Shown: positions 37,948 through 52,196, counted from the stretch's first letter. The stretch: DNA of 64,000 nucleotides from Felis catus (GCF_018350175.1 NC_058368.1:6138001-6202000), one strand, 5' to 3'. The notes: generated from the letters alone by a model not told the origin. Translations and numbers: made by a program.

Positions 37948-38615
37948 AGCAGTTCTCAAACTCCGATCTGGGAACCGCTAGTTACCCCCAGAATCCTTTC
38001 AGAGAATCTGCAAGGTCAACACGATTTTCATAGTAGTGCTGTGATGTCACAGTTGACCCTTGAGTACGTGGGGGTTGGGGGCGTCGACAGCCTACCGCGG
38101 TCACCACGGCCTAAAATCCACATATAACTTTTAGTTCCCTAAGAACTTGACTACTTAAGCCATACAGATCACATAAACAGCAAATTAAACACATGTTTTT
38201 TATGTTACATATGTTATTTACTGTGTTCTTAACAATAAAGAAAGCCTGAAAAAAGAAAATGTTACTAAAACTAGAAGAGAAAATATATGTACAGTACTGT
38301 ATTGTATTTGTTGAAAAAAATCTGCATATAAGTGGACCCGTGCACCTCACCCATACTGTTCAAGGGCCAATGGTATTTCCTTTCTCACTGTCTCGTGAGT
38401 GTACAGTGGGTTTTTTTCCCAGAGTTGTCATAACGTGACATCATCGCTCTGCTGGCTAACGGATAGGTGCTTTGTATTCTGTTTTTGAAAGTTCCCATTT
38501 TTAAAATCGAATAGGGTAAGTACTGATAGATATGACGAACAAAACCTTGCAGGTCCTCAGTAATATCCAAGAGAGTAAAGGGGTCCTGAGTCAAAACAGT
38601 GTGAAAATTGCCACT
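37948..38615. mobile_element. Non-autonomous hAT-Charlie element split by a Tigger insertion
   Basis: Starts cagcagttctcaaa...cctttcagagaatctgcaaggtcaacacgattttcatagtag and ends gtaaaggggtcctgagtcaaaacagtgtgaaaattgccac. Confidence 0.7.
38050..38373. mobile_element. Tigger2-type (TcMar) non-autonomous element
   Basis: TIRs cagttgacccttga ... tcaagggccaatgg followed by TA. Confidence 0.85.
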
Positions 38616-38961
38616 TAGGTCCCCACCAGAGTAACCGTTGAGTAACCTCTGCGGTTTGCGCTTGCCCTATCATAGCACTTCTATCGTACTGTGGTATGTT
38701 AGTTACTTATCTGTCTAGGCCAGCAGACACAGAAAGCTCCATAGAAGAAGGAACTCTGCTTTAACCCCCATACCGAGCACAGTTCTGAATACATAGTAAG
38801 TGCTTAGTAAACACATGTTGAGTGAATCTCTTTAAAGGTATTTGGGAGATATGAGGACTATAACATGTTTGAAATTATAACCATCTTGTACTTTGCTGAT
38901 GCATTCATTTCTTAATTTTTTTTTGACCCACCGATATCTGAATGGGTTTTAGGAAGCAAGG

Positions 38962-38962
<1 letters not shown>

Positions 38963-38992
<30 letters not shown>
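38963..38992 (+). repeat. (TG)15 microsatellite
   Basis: Perfect dinucleotide run ~335 bp upstream of exon 2. Confidence 0.97.
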
Positions 38993-38994
<2 letters not shown>

Positions 38995-39312
38995 GAGGGT
39001 ACAGTACACACGCACACATGCGTGTATAAAAGGAAATCTATACGTATCATTGCTGAAAATCTGGAGCTCCATTTCTGAATCTTTGTCTTCCCCAAACCAT
39101 GGAGGCTTGGACAAGTCTTTTTATTACTTTGAACGTAACTTTCCTCATCAAATAATGGGATTGAACTAGATTATCTAAAAACTTCTTCCTATATGATACT
39201 ATTTAACACATGTGAAAAGTGGTCTGTGTATCAAATATGTGGCTTATATTTATTTATATTTTATATTACTAAAAATGCACGTAAATTTAGTTTTATCTGT
39301 ATATTAAAATAA

Positions 39313-39438
<126 letters not shown>

Positions 39439-40589
39439 TGACTCATGAATGTCAACTATGTGGTCTCTGAATTGTATTTGTCACATATACACATTAATTG
39501 AAAGTTGGTAAATATTTTTCATATTGACCATTTGTAGAAAAATATATTTCTTTCCTAAGAGAAGTAAAGGTGGCATGTAGTTCTAGCAAAAATGTCTGCA
39601 TAAATTCATTTATTTGGGAGTAAGTCAGTCTTAGTTGTTTATATAAATATATATTTTTCTGATAAATGTCACTAAATATTAAGGGTCCAGTTATTATTTC
39701 ATTGGGTGCAATAAAAGTAAGTTTGTAGGAACCTATATGTTCATTAAAACTAGTATTTCTATTTTAATGAGATTGATGTCATTACATGAACTTAAAATGA
39801 GATTGTGTTACTTGATTTTCATTGTATCCGTTCATTTGAATATGTTAAAAATATGTGCTGTTTTCTTTTAGAAACTTAGCTTTCCATATGGCATTAGAAT
39901 CTCATTTTAATCCCAAAGGAAAATATTCATCTTAATGCACTATTAAATAATTATTCACAGATTTAAACTGAGTTTTACTTTCATGAGATTTTACTTCAGT
40001 TTTTACTATTGTGGCACTGTGGGTCCAAATTTATCTTTTCTGGCTATAATGAGAATATTATAGAATATATATTATAATCTTGTTGCTTTTAGCCCTTGTA
40101 TCTATCCACAGATAATAGGCTATTGTGAGCTAGATATATTAACTTAGATAATTTTACTCATTTAATAGATTTATACCACTGGGTTTTCATTCATTTGTTG
40201 TAGGTCATGTTGACAGGAACTAGAGTAGGTAAAAGTAAAGAAACGGAACAGTCAGGGTCCCTGGCCTTGAGTATTTACATGCTGATGAGGAAAGACACTC
40301 ATATATCTTATAATAATGGTATACCAAGCACAGTGATAGAACTGTATGGAGAATGGGAAAAGGATCTACATCTAACTGAGAAAATCAAGGAAGGCTCCAG
40401 GAAGACATGTAAGAATTACCTCCACGAGGGAAGAGTAGAGGTGAGGTGGAGGGTATGCCATGCTGGAAATTACCTTTCATGTAATTGTTAGATTTTTAAT
40501 GCTCTTGAATCTAGAGGAAGGATATCTGTACATTAACTATCAGTTCTTCCAGCATCTACAGTTCTGTATATTCTAGTTAGTTTTAAAGA

Positions 40590-40840
40590 ATTAAAATCCA
40601 TTGAACTGTGGTCAGTGATGTTAGATGTCATGATAGAGATTATCTTTGGAGGGGTCAGGGAGTGATGGAAAGTGGAGACAAGGGAACTTTCAGGATTGTA
40701 GTAATGTGCTGTTTCTTGTTCTTGTTCTGGGTCTGGTTATGTGGGTTTAGTATGTGAGAACTCACCGAGCTGTGCACTTAACGGGTTTGTGTGCTCTTTC
40801 TCTGTGTTTATTAAACTTCAGCAAAATGTTTTGAAAACAC
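40590..40840 (+). mobile_element. L1ME-like 3' end
   Basis: agggaactttcaggattgtagtaatgtgctgtttcttg...caccgagctgtgcactta. Confidence 0.65.
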
Positions 40841-40949
40841 CTCATTTTAGGAACAGACATTCTTCATGTGTATGTTGATAACTGTAAATGAAGTTAAGCA
40901 CGGAAAGAAATATGAACACTTATTTTTAACATATATGATTATGGTTCTT

Positions 40950-42850
40950 CAACCTAAAGTGAGCACAAATTTTTATTTTTGATGAAATTTACTATTTTTT
41001 CCTTTTCGTGACCATTGTTTTCTGTGCCTGACTGAAGAAATCTTTACCCACGGATTGTGAAGATATTTTCCTGTGTTTCCTTCTAAAAGCTGTGTAGTTT
41101 TGGTTGTATGCTTTAGTTTGGGTTCTGTTTGATTCATTTTTGTTTGTATACATGTGATGTAAGGTTTGAGCTTCTCCCCTCCCCTTGTAAAAACTTAAAT
41201 GACTATGTAAGTGTGAACTGTTCTGGGCTCTGTTCCATTCTTACTGATGTCTTTGTCCGCCCTTATGCCATTATGAGGTCACTCTAAGCTTTACAGCAAG
41301 ATTTGAAGTAAGATTGTATAAGGCCACCAGCTTTAGTCCTCTGTTTCAGGATTGTTTGGGCTATTTTAGGTCCTTTTCAGTATCATATGAATGTTTGAAT
41401 CAGCTCATTTTTATTTCTAAAATATGCATGCTGGGATTATGGTTTGGATCAATTCGGGGAAAACTAATATCTTAATAATATTGCATTCGGTCCATGAAAC
41501 TCAAAAGATAACCTTTCTATTTTTTAATATTTTCCTTAATTTTTCTCAATAGTGTTTTGTAGTTTTTAGTTGTAGAGAAAACGCACACCTTCTGTTAAAT
41601 TCATTTCTAAGGACTTCATGTTTTCTGGTACTCTTGTAAATGGATTGCTTTAAAAATTTTTACTTCCCATTTGTTTGCTTCTATACTTTGAATTTTTTTT
41701 AATATTGTTATTTTCATATCCATTTTATATCTAAATTCACTGGTAGGTTTTGGTGATATATGCAGAGAAATGATTATGTCATCTATGATTTGGAATAGTT
41801 TTACCTCTTTTCATCTTTGTATTTTTTTTCTTATTGCACTGACTTGGCTTCCATATAATGTTGAAGAGTAATGAGGACGGACATCTTTGACTTGTTCCCA
41901 GTCTTGGGGAAAGTGTTTTCAGTGTTTCACTATTAGATAAAATGCCAGCTGTAGGTTTTTATAGATGCTGTCAGTCAGACTTAGGAAGCTCTTTCTAGTT
42001 TTTTCATAAGTGGTATTGAATTTTATCAGATGCTTTTTTCCTATGTGTACTGAAATGACCCTATAGTTCTCTTTTATTGTTTCATTGGTAGACCACATTG
42101 ATTTTTAATGTTTGTCCAATTTTGCATTCTTGAAATAATCCCTGCTTGGTTGTTTATTGCTAGATTTGATTTACTAGTGTGTTGTTAAGGAGTTTTAACT
42201 GTATGAGTTTGAAGGATGTTGTTCTATAATTATCTTTTCTGTAATGTCTTTGTCTTTGGTATCAAGATTATGCTGCCCTCGTGAAACACGTTATGCAGCA
42301 TTTCTTCATCCCCTGTATTCTGAGTTTCTGTAAGATTGGTAGTTTTTCTTCTATAAATATTTGATAGAATTCACAAACTAATATTATATCCTTAATAGCA
42401 TCTAGTATTTGATATTTTGTATTTTTTATGTAGTTTGTCTATTTCATGCAAGTTGTTGATTTATCAGCAGCAAGTTGTTCATATTATTCCCGTATCTTTT
42501 CATATCTGTAGCTTCTGTAGTGATGTCCTGTTTCATTGGAGGTTGGTAATTTGCATTTTCTCTCTATATTATCGATCTCTACTCTTTATTATTTTTTTTC
42601 CTTCTACTTTTGGCTTACATTTCTTTTTTATCTTCTTAAGGTGGAACCTTAGGTCATTGATTTTTAAATGGTTCTTTTCAATAAGCAATTAAAACTATAA
42701 ATTTCCCTTTAAGCTGTATTCTACTTGCATTCCGTAAGTTCTGTTACATTGTATTTTCATTATCATTTAGTACAGAATGTTTTCAGTTTTCTTTGTGATT
42801 CTTTTCTTTTATTCATGGATTATTTAGAAATATATTGTTTAATTTTTTAA
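40950..42850 (-). mobile_element. Old L1 ORF2 fragment
   Basis: Antisense ORF2 hallmarks (tgattatgtcatct, ggacatctttgacttgttccc, tttggtatcaagattatgctgccctc). Confidence 0.8.
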
Positions 42851-42857
42851 ACATGTG

Positions 42858-44012
42858 TGCAACAGAATAGAAAACCCAGAAATGAACCCACAAGTGTGTC
42901 AGTTAATCTTTGATAAAGGAGAAATGAATTTATAATGGGAAAAAAGACAGTCTCTTCAACACACGGTATTGGGGAAACTGGACAGCTATATGCAAAAGAA
43001 TGAAACTGTACTACTTTCTTAAACAGTACACAAAAATAAACTCAAAATGGATTAAAGGCCTAAATGTAAGACATGAAACCATAAAAATCCTTGAAGAGAG
43101 CACAGGCAGTCAATTCTCTCACATCATCTATAGCAACACTTTTCTAGTTATGCCTCCTGAGGTAAGGGATACAAAAGCAAAAATAAACTGTTGAGACTAC
43201 ATCAAAATAAAAAGGTTCTGCACAGCGAAGGAAACAGTCAACAAAACTAGAAAGCAACCCACTTAATGGGAAAAGATATTTGCAAATCACATATCTATTA
43301 AAGGGTTAGTGTCTAAAATATATAAAGAACTGATAAAACTGAACACTCAAAACAAATAACCCAGTTAAAAAATAGGCAGATGACATGAATAGGCATTTCT
43401 CCAAAGAAGACATCCAGATGGCCAATAGACAAAAAAAATGCTCAACATCACTCATTATCAGGGAAATGCAAACCAATACTACAATGAGCTATCGCCTTAT
43501 ACCTGCCGGAATGGCTAAAATCAAAAACAGAAGAAACAATACGTGTTGGCGAGGCTGTGGAAAAAAAGGAATCTTCTTGCACCATTGGTGGGAATGCAAA
43601 CTGGTGTAGCAACCGTGGAGAACCGTATGGAGGTTCCTGAGAAAGTTAAAAATAGAACTACCCTAGGGTCCCCTGGGTGGCTCAGGCGGTTAAGCGTCTG
43701 ACTTCAGCTCAGATCATGATCTAACAGTTTGTGGGTTCAAACCCCATGTCAGGCTCTGTGCTGACAGCTCAGCAGCTGGCCGCTGCTTCAGATTCTGTCT
43801 CCCTCTCTCTCTGCCCCTCCCTCCCTCTCAAAAATAAACATTAAAAAAAGTTTGTTTCTTTTAATAAAAAAAAATAGAACTACCCTAGGATCCAGTAATC
43901 ACACTAACTGGGTATTTACCCCTAAAATGCAGAAACACTTGTTCAAAGGTATACATGCACCCGTGTGCTTATTCCAGTATCATTTACAATAGCCAAATTA
44001 TGGAAGCAGCCC
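42858..44012 (+). mobile_element. Carnivore L1 ORF2 3' part, lacking 3' UTR/tail, interrupted by a SINE
   Basis: YTKINSKWIKGLNVR and [14 protein letters not shown] translations. Confidence 0.92.
43666..43868 (+). mobile_element. CanSINE nested in L1
   Basis: TSD aaaaatagaactacccta. Confidence 0.95.
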
Positions 44013-45143
44013 ATAGCTATCGTCAGACCTATGGCATAAATTCAGAATTTATTATTTTTGCCATGTTGTAAAATTTTAATATTATAAATCAATGTCATTT
44101 TGAGAATATTGGAGATTTTCTTATCTTCTCACAGCTATACATGGTATTTATTAACAAGATACAGTTTCAAATATTATTAATTTTTTATTTATTTCTACTT
44201 TAAGAGTTCAAATTAAGGGTGATATTAGATGGCACAATTAGAATGAATTAAGTTTGTAATGAATGACATATTAAGACGTTTATATTTTTAGCAGTGATCT
44301 TAGTATTCAGGAAATTACAAGAATTTGTTCCCAGTAGAATTAGAAGAATTTAGGTGATTTTTGTGATGGATACCACTGCTTAAGCTTATTCAAACCTTTT
44401 CTTTAATTTTTTTTTTAACTTAAAATCTTCAAAAAGGCAAAAAAAAAAAAACCAACCTTAGAAAATGTTAAGAAATATGTAACTACATGCTGTGGGCTCT
44501 GTATGGAGTGATGAAATGCTGAAGTTCTTTTCATCAGCTTTGAAAACTGGAATGTTCCCAGTGCCAGAGTACCAATGTCCAAGCACTGCCTGTAGCACTT
44601 AAAGCCCTAGCCAAATAAACCTGTGCTTTACTTGGCTTGACCACTTACTAGCTTGTAGGGCCCAAGGCAAGTTAATTGTGTTTTTGTTTCCTCATCTGTA
44701 AAATGGTAATAGTGTCGCATAGAGTTTATTGTGAGGAGCTTAGCATACTTCTTTGGACACAATAAACTCCAGGTAAATGTTAGCTGCTCTCGGTAATGGG
44801 TTACCACTACTGCAGCCGCAGCCTAGGATTGTCTGTTTACTTGCATTTGTCTCCCACTGGAGAACCTCAGCAAGTCTTAGCACATTTTATGTCCAGGACC
44901 TAGTGTATCTCCCACAGTGGCTGGCATGTAGGAGGTATTTGGTTAATGTTAGCCCTGCTAAATGTAGCACAGCTCCCTGGTTTTTTGGAAGTACTTCAAT
45001 AGAAATATTTACTTAGATGTAATTCCCCACTGGGACTCGGTTCCATCTCTAATCCCACAGTGACCCATCCCCTGATAAATCTCCCTTTAAAAAACACCCT
45101 GTGTAGAGTGTCTTACTTACTCACTAATAGTAGTTATTTACTG

Positions 45144-45542
45144 AGTTAGTTGACCAAGGCTGCCATAGCAAAATACTATGGACTGGGTGGCTTAAGCAAC
45201 AGAAACTGACTCTCTCCTGGTGGAACTTGTAAGTCCAAAATTGGAGAGTCTGCAGAGTTGGGTTTCCTCTGTGGCTTCTCCCGGTTTTGCAGACGACTAT
45301 TCTCTTGTGACCTCTTGGAAGGTCCTGTCTGTACCAGCTGCCCTGGTGTCTCTCGGTGTGTCCTACCTAATCTCTTCTTATAAGGTCACCATTCAGATTG
45401 GATTAGGGCCACCCTAATGACCTTATTTTAACTTAATTGCCTCTGTAAAGGTCTTATGTTCAGACACAGTCACATTCTGAGGTACTGGCAGTTAAGGCTT
45501 CAACGTATGAATGTGAGGGAGAACACAGTTCAGTCCATAACA
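45144..45542 (-). mobile_element. MLT1B-like solo LTR
   Basis: ggctgccatagcaaaatact...ctgggtggcttaagcaacagaaa...gattggattagggcccaccctaatgacc...acagttcagtccataaca. Confidence 0.85.
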
Positions 45543-45663
45543 CTTACTGTTACTTACTTACTATGATAATGATAGCACTGACTGTTAATATATTTTTAAA
45601 TTATTACCCTCGAAGATTTGTTGTCTGACTCATCAGGTAGATGTTTTAAAAATAGAAGTGGAT

Positions 45664-45857
45664 TTTTTTTAAGTTTATTTATTTATTCTGAAAGCTAGGG
45701 GAGAGGCAGAGAGAGCGAGAAGAGAGAGAGAATCCCAAGCAGGCTCTGAACAAGTGCGGAGCCCATTGAGGGGCTCTAACCCACAAACCGCGAGATCATG
45801 ATGCGAGCCGTAATCAAGAGTCGGATGCTAAACCGAGTGAGCCACCCAGGCGCCCCA
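45664..45857 (-). mobile_element. CanSINE
   Basis: TSD agaagt(g/a)gatt. Confidence 0.92.
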
Positions 45858-47609
45858 AGAAGTAGATTCTTAAAAGAAGTCGACTGGTTTTATGATGAAA
45901 GCAGTGATCTTAGTCTACAGGTCAGAAGCCAAAGGGTGTTTGTATGATGCCTGTACATTTGTATATATTTTTAAATTCACAAATTCATTAATCATCAAAT
46001 ACCTAATGAGTGCCCACCAGGTGCCCAGGCAGTGTGCTAGAACCTAGCAGTGAAATGGTGAGCAAGGCACTGTGCCTGTCACTGTGCATTTCACACCCTA
46101 GTATATATTTAGACATCTATGCTTATGAAGTATAATGAGAAATAGCCCCCCCGAGTGTTAGGTCTTGGAAGGTATTGGTATTAGACCTTAGAGTGTTGGC
46201 TTTGTGTTTTAAAAGTCAATTAATTAGTTTTAAAAGCATTTAAAGCCTGATCGTAACCACTACCCAGGACTATGACCATGAGCAAATTATTTAATACCCT
46301 CAAACCACTATTTTCTCATTTATAAAATAGAAGTAATATAAATATTTCATACAGTAATTTATGATTAAGCGAGATAAGGCATGTCCTCTGCTTATTTAGC
46401 ACCATGTTTGGGCCTCTAGAGAACTTAATAAAGTATGTTGCTGGTTGTTTCCCCCACTTCCCCAGTGCCGGAGCTAAGCCTCATCTTGGAAGTAAAATTG
46501 AGGGGTTATCTAAGAATAGCTTTGTATGTAGGTTTCTAATGGAGTTTGTCGTAATTTCTACCCTGCCACTTTCCAGAAATGATTTGAAATAGTGCCTGAG
46601 AAGTGTGTTCCAATCGTGAGGTAATAGAGAAAACGCTTGACCCAGAACTAAGGTGAACTTAGCACTAGGGTTGGCTCTCCAGCCAGCTGGATTATCCTGG
46701 GTGACTCCGAAGTCTAGACTTCCCCTATCAGATTCTTTGCCTTGTTTACTAATTAGGAAATGGTTAATCTTAAATACTGCCCCTTTAGGTTTCTGAGGAT
46801 TTGTGTGTACTCTCTAAAGTCTCATAGCTTTGAAATTATATTCTAAAAGCAGAAATAGATAACTTGAATTTAATCTTGCTTCTGAATAAAATAATTATCA
46901 CTTTCCGGAGAATAATCGTTAATGTAAGTGATTTAACATACAGTCCATTCATAGTCTTTCCTTTGCTGAATTCATTTTAGAGTCCCTAATATATTGTTAA
47001 CATTGTATTTATATTAATTCTTGTTTTGGTAGCAGCGTTCTTATAAAAGGTACTGAAGTCGTAAGTTCTAAGACCTTGACTTTCTCACATGGCTGTCATG
47101 TATTTGGAACACACTTGGAAGCCACTGTGTAAGTCAGTTGTAACTGATAAATACGTAGTATGAGGCTTGATGAGAAATTTTTTCTTGTCATTGTTGGAAC
47201 TGTTGTTGACAAGGTAGGAATACTTTTTTAACCTTTTAATCCTAATGGATTATTAGGGCCACATTGGTTATGAAATGAGAATAAAATAAGGAGATAAAAG
47301 ATTTTAGATAAAAGAATGTCCTTCTAGGAAATGAGAAAGGTTAAACCCATAAAAATGTGTTCTACTTAGATGCTTCTGTCTGCATAAGTTCTTTATTATT
47401 TTATTAAAGGCTAAAATATTTTAATCAATTTTACTATATATTTGAAATGCCTGAGAAAATAGGTACCATATCTCACAGAATTACAGATCTTAATTCTCAT
47501 CTGCTATTTGATATTGATAAATGTTGTATTTTCTAATGTCGTGATTAGTTTTTTTTTAAAGAATTGCAAACTACACATTTAAGTTCAATTGTTTTATGAT
47601 GTCAAAACA

Positions 47610-48600
47610 TAGACAACTAGCAAAATGGGAGAAAACATTTGGAAATCATTTATCTGATAAGGGATTAATATCTACGCTAAAGGATCACAACAACAAGAAG
47701 AAAAAAACAATTCAAAATTGGGCAAAAGACTTTGGATAGACATTTCTTCAAAGGAGGTATACAAATGACCAATGAGCACCTTAAAGAAGATGCCTAACCC
47801 ATTGTTAGGGAAAAGGCAAATCAAAACCACAGTGAGATACTACTTCATATCTGTTACAATGTGGCTGTTATTAAAGAGCGGGGAGAAAAAGGAAAATAGG
47901 TGTTGATGAAGATGTGGAGAAATTGGAACCCTCATGCGTTGCTGATGGGAATATAAAATGGTACAGCTGCTGTGAAAACCGGTTTGGTGTTGCCTCCAAA
48001 AGTGAACCACAGAAGTCTCATACGATCCATCAATTCCACTCCTGGGTATATTTCCAAAGAATAGAAAGCAGAGACTCAGGTAGCTGTATACCAGTGTTCA
48101 CAGCAGCATTGTTTACAGCAGCCAAAACATGGAAACAACTCAAGTACATCAGCAGATGAATGGCTAAACAAAAGGTAGTACATACATACCGTGGAATGTA
48201 TTCAGCCCTAAGCAAGGAAGGAAATTATGACGCTGCTAGTGCTACAGTGTGGCTTAACCTTCAAAACATTATGCTAAGTGAAACAAGCCAGACACCAAAG
48301 GACAGATACTGTATGACTCTAATACTTTAAAAGAGGTACCTAGAGTAGGCAAATCCATAGAGACGATGTAGAGTAGAGGTTAGCAGTGGCTGAGAGAAGA
48401 GAAGGGAAATGGGGAGTTATTGTTAAATGGGTACAGAGTTTCTGTTTAGGATCATAAATAGTTCTAAAATGGGTAGTGGTGATGGTTGCAAACATTTTGA
48501 GGAGACTTAATGCTATTGAATTGTACACTTAAAATTGTTAAAATGGTAATTTTAATGTTATGTATTTTATCACAAAAAATAAAAATGAAATAAGAAAACC
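47610..48600 (+). mobile_element. L1MB-like ORF2 end + 3' UTR
   Basis: EKLEPSCVADGNIKWYSCCEN translation. 3' UTR ...gaattgtacacttaaaattgttaaaatggtaattttaatgttatg plus A-rich tail. Confidence 0.88.
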
Positions 48601-48796
48601 AACTAAACAATAACAACAAAACAGATTTACTCAATTATATCTTTTCCAAACAGTTTTTCCTCATCTGTATGGACACTTTTAAAATAGTGTGGGTAGTTAC
48701 GAGATTTTTAGGATTGATTACCATTGGGTTTTTATTGCCTGTGAATTACAAATGGTGTGGTTTATTTAACATGATTTTCATAGCAAAAATTTTTAA

Positions 48797-48934
<138 letters not shown>

Positions 48935-49329
48935 TGAATTGTGGTAGGCATCAAGCCATTGGTTTTAGTCAGGGATTAAAGGTGACTAAAAACAATTTTA
49001 GGAGTTTATCTTACTGTGAGATTTACATTTTTTAAAGTAAAAGTGACCTCACAGAATATGGTTGATGAATTACCAAGACTAGGGTATTTTGCTTTGTATT
49101 ATTACTTTTTGGTCTTATCAATTTCATCTTTGTAACGTGCTACAGAAAACAGTAGAATCTGAACAGTATAAACAACTGTTCGGTGTGGTATCTTAGCTAC
49201 AGATTTTTGATAAAATTTTTAAGGTAACTGTAATAGCCATTTTGTTCTAGGATTTAAAAGCAGCATGTTTCCTTTTACTCTGTAAAGGAATATAAGATGA
49301 GAAAGTGGTATCCGTGTGTAGGGAGACAA

Positions 49330-49550
49330 ATACGTGAGAGCTAGTCATTCTGTTATTTGTCATACAACATCAGGCAAGTCTCTTAATGGCTCCGAGTGGG
49401 GGGGGGGGGCCTCTGAAGTTGTAGCCCCCCCCCCCCCATCTGTAAAATGTGATACTTTTCCTGCTTTTCTACAGGATTTTTTGGAAGAGCAATTTTGTAT
49501 TTGGAAAGCTTCATAAGCTAAGTGTAGTGTACAAATCTAACATACTATTA
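49330..49550 (+). mobile_element. MIR containing a G12/C13 inverted repeat
   Basis: ggcaagtctcttaat...catctgtaaaatg MIR core. Confidence 0.6.
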
Positions 49551-49815
49551 ATCATTTCCTGGATATTATTCACACTTAATACCATATTCTAATGTATTGC
49601 TTATTTCCATAAACAGAAATTCAGTATTGTACTTACTTGAATTGGGCATGGTCTCGTTTAGGAAGAATTCTTTGTGGAAGACAGCTTCCAGTCAAATCCT
49701 TGAAGATTCTCAAAGTCAAGTGATTACAGTCTCTTAGATGAGTTTTATTAGGTTAGCTCATATAATGACAAAAATGATGTTACATTGATAAAAATTATTA
49801 TAAACTGAGAATTTA

Positions 49816-50010
49816 TTAAAAAAAATTTTTTTACTTTTATTTATTTTTTTATTATATGAAATTTATTGTCAAATTAGTTTCCATACAACACCCAGTGCTC
49901 ATCCCAAAAGATGCCCTCTTCAATGCCCATCACCTACCCTCCCCTCCCTCCCACCCCCCATCAACCCTCAGTTTGTTCTCAGTTTTTAAGAGTCTCTTAC
50001 GCTTTGGCTC
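49816..50010 (-). mobile_element. Young felid L1 (L1_Fc-like) 3' end
   Basis: tatatgaaatttattgtcaaattagtttccatacaacacccagtgctcatccc. TSD agaattta. Confidence 0.92.
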
Positions 50011-50529
50011 AGAATTTAAATTTATCTTGGCTAAAGAGCTGAAATACAAAGAGCTAACTCAGTATTTTGCATTTACTCAGTAGATTGTTTTTAAAACCGG
50101 TATTTACAAAAGTCTTGGGCAACTATCAGATTTACTCTATTAATCATAACGGTTATGTTTTTTGAAACTCTGAAGTGCAATCTTGGGGATAAGAGTTTAT
50201 GATATATAAAATGAAAATCTGTAGCAAGATAGCCAAAACAATTTTGAAATATACTCACAAAACTTATATGCTGATCAGTCTTGTGTAAAGAACATGTTAA
50301 CACAGACTACAGTTGAGAAAATAAAACAAGTAAGCGAAAACCCAGTATTACATTGAGTTAATTCATTAACAAGTGCTTCACTTCTGTGAACTCTATTTTT
50401 TCTGATATTTAATAAGTAATTTAATAGGATCTTTAAATATTTCACTGTGTTTTGTATACTGGCCTATATGTATATTTCTATACTGGCTGTGCATCTCTTG
50501 AGATAAATAAAAGAAAACAAACATACATA

Positions 50530-51024
50530 CAGATCTTCCTTGACCTACGATGGAGTTAGATCCTGATAAATGCATCGCAGATTGGAAACATATCAAGTCA
50601 GAAGTACATTTCATACACCTAGCCTGATTGCTGAACATCATAGCGTAGCCTAGTCTACCTTAACTGTGCTGAGAACACTTAACAACATCCCCCTCCAGTT
50701 GGGCAAAATCTCCTAACACAGAGCCTGTTTTGTAATGAAGTGCTCGGTACCTCACATCATCTATTGAACACCGTCCTGAACTTGAAAACAAGAATGGTTG
50801 TGTGAGTGTGGAATGGTTGTAGCGCGTTGGCCGTTGCCCCTCGCTGAGGTACAGCAGCTGCCGCCGCCTGGCATCCTGAGCGAGCACTGGCCTGCGTGCT
50901 GCTAGCCTGGGAAAAGATCACATTTCAGAATTCGCAGTGTGGTTTCTGCTGAATGCTCATCGCTTTTGCTCCATCACCACGTCAAAAAATCATAAGTTGA
51001 ACCACTGTAAGTCAGGACCATCTG
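50530..51024. mobile_element. MER47/Tigger5-family TcMar element
   Basis: TIRs cagatcttccttgacctac ... gtaagtcaggaccatctg, flanked by TA on both sides. Confidence 0.88.
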
Positions 51025-52196
51025 TACTGGTATGCAAGGGATTATAATATTCTGGCTCAGTTTCAGGTATCTTCAAAATAATTTACAGTTTTCATTCAGC
51101 TGCACTTTGTAAATGTAAAAACAAAATTTGGAAGTAAAACTAACACAAGTAAACAGTAAATAGTTTGGAAGGAAGTTCACCTCCTGAAAATAGTAAAATA
51201 GTTTTCAACTCTTGCTAATTTCCAGAATTAACCTCATTTACATAATTTTAACCCTAACAGATTTCAGAAATGGAAACTTCTATGGGTTTCATATACTTTC
51301 ACATTTATAAGAAGTATTTTTCACTGTGTGGATTTCTGTTTTCCATGAGTAAATGCCATTTGATTCAAATTATTTGTGTAAGTTATCTGTAAAGAATTGT
51401 TTTGAACTGAAAGTAGACATCACATTTTCTCTTCTATGAAACTATTGTCCACAGTCAGTGCTGGTTGTAAATATTTTTGTTGTTGTTGACTTCTGTTCTT
51501 TTAAAATAAATCTGATCAAATCAAATTGGGATTCTGTTAATAAAAATTTATTAAATTAGTGTGGCCGATATTGAATTGGACGCTCATTCTCAAGCCTAAC
51601 ATGAAATCAAATTATATGATCCAAATTTATGAGAAATTGTGTAGGCTGGTTTATAAACATAATTTGTAATAAATCATGATTTGTAATAGTTGAACATAGG
51701 AGATCGTATTGTATTCAGTATAATTTCTAGCTAGTATGTGATATTTAATTTTACGTGTCGATATAATAATTATACTTTCGCAGATTATGCTGCATACAGT
51801 GTTCCCAGATGTGTATACATGGGCATCATTGGCCTTATTGTCCTCTTATTAATACTCATTTAAGTCAAATAAGTACTTTTAATGTTCATTTTAATAAAAA
51901 TAAAATAATTCCATTTACTAAAACCTCCTTTATCCATTTCATTTTCTTATTTTAATTGGAGTGTTGAATTAGCTGGGGTAAGGCAGCAGAGGATAACAAA
52001 AACAGTTGCAGTAAAAAGAGTCATTTAAAAAAATCACTTAGGTGTTGGTGAAATTTCATGCTAAGCACACCGCATATTTTTTATATAGCCCTGGAATAAA
52101 AACAAAGGTAAGCGATTTCCCCAGTGTAGTTTTTTGTAGTTATGACATATCGGTAAAAAAGTAATTTGTTAAACCCTAATGAAAATGTTAACTGAA

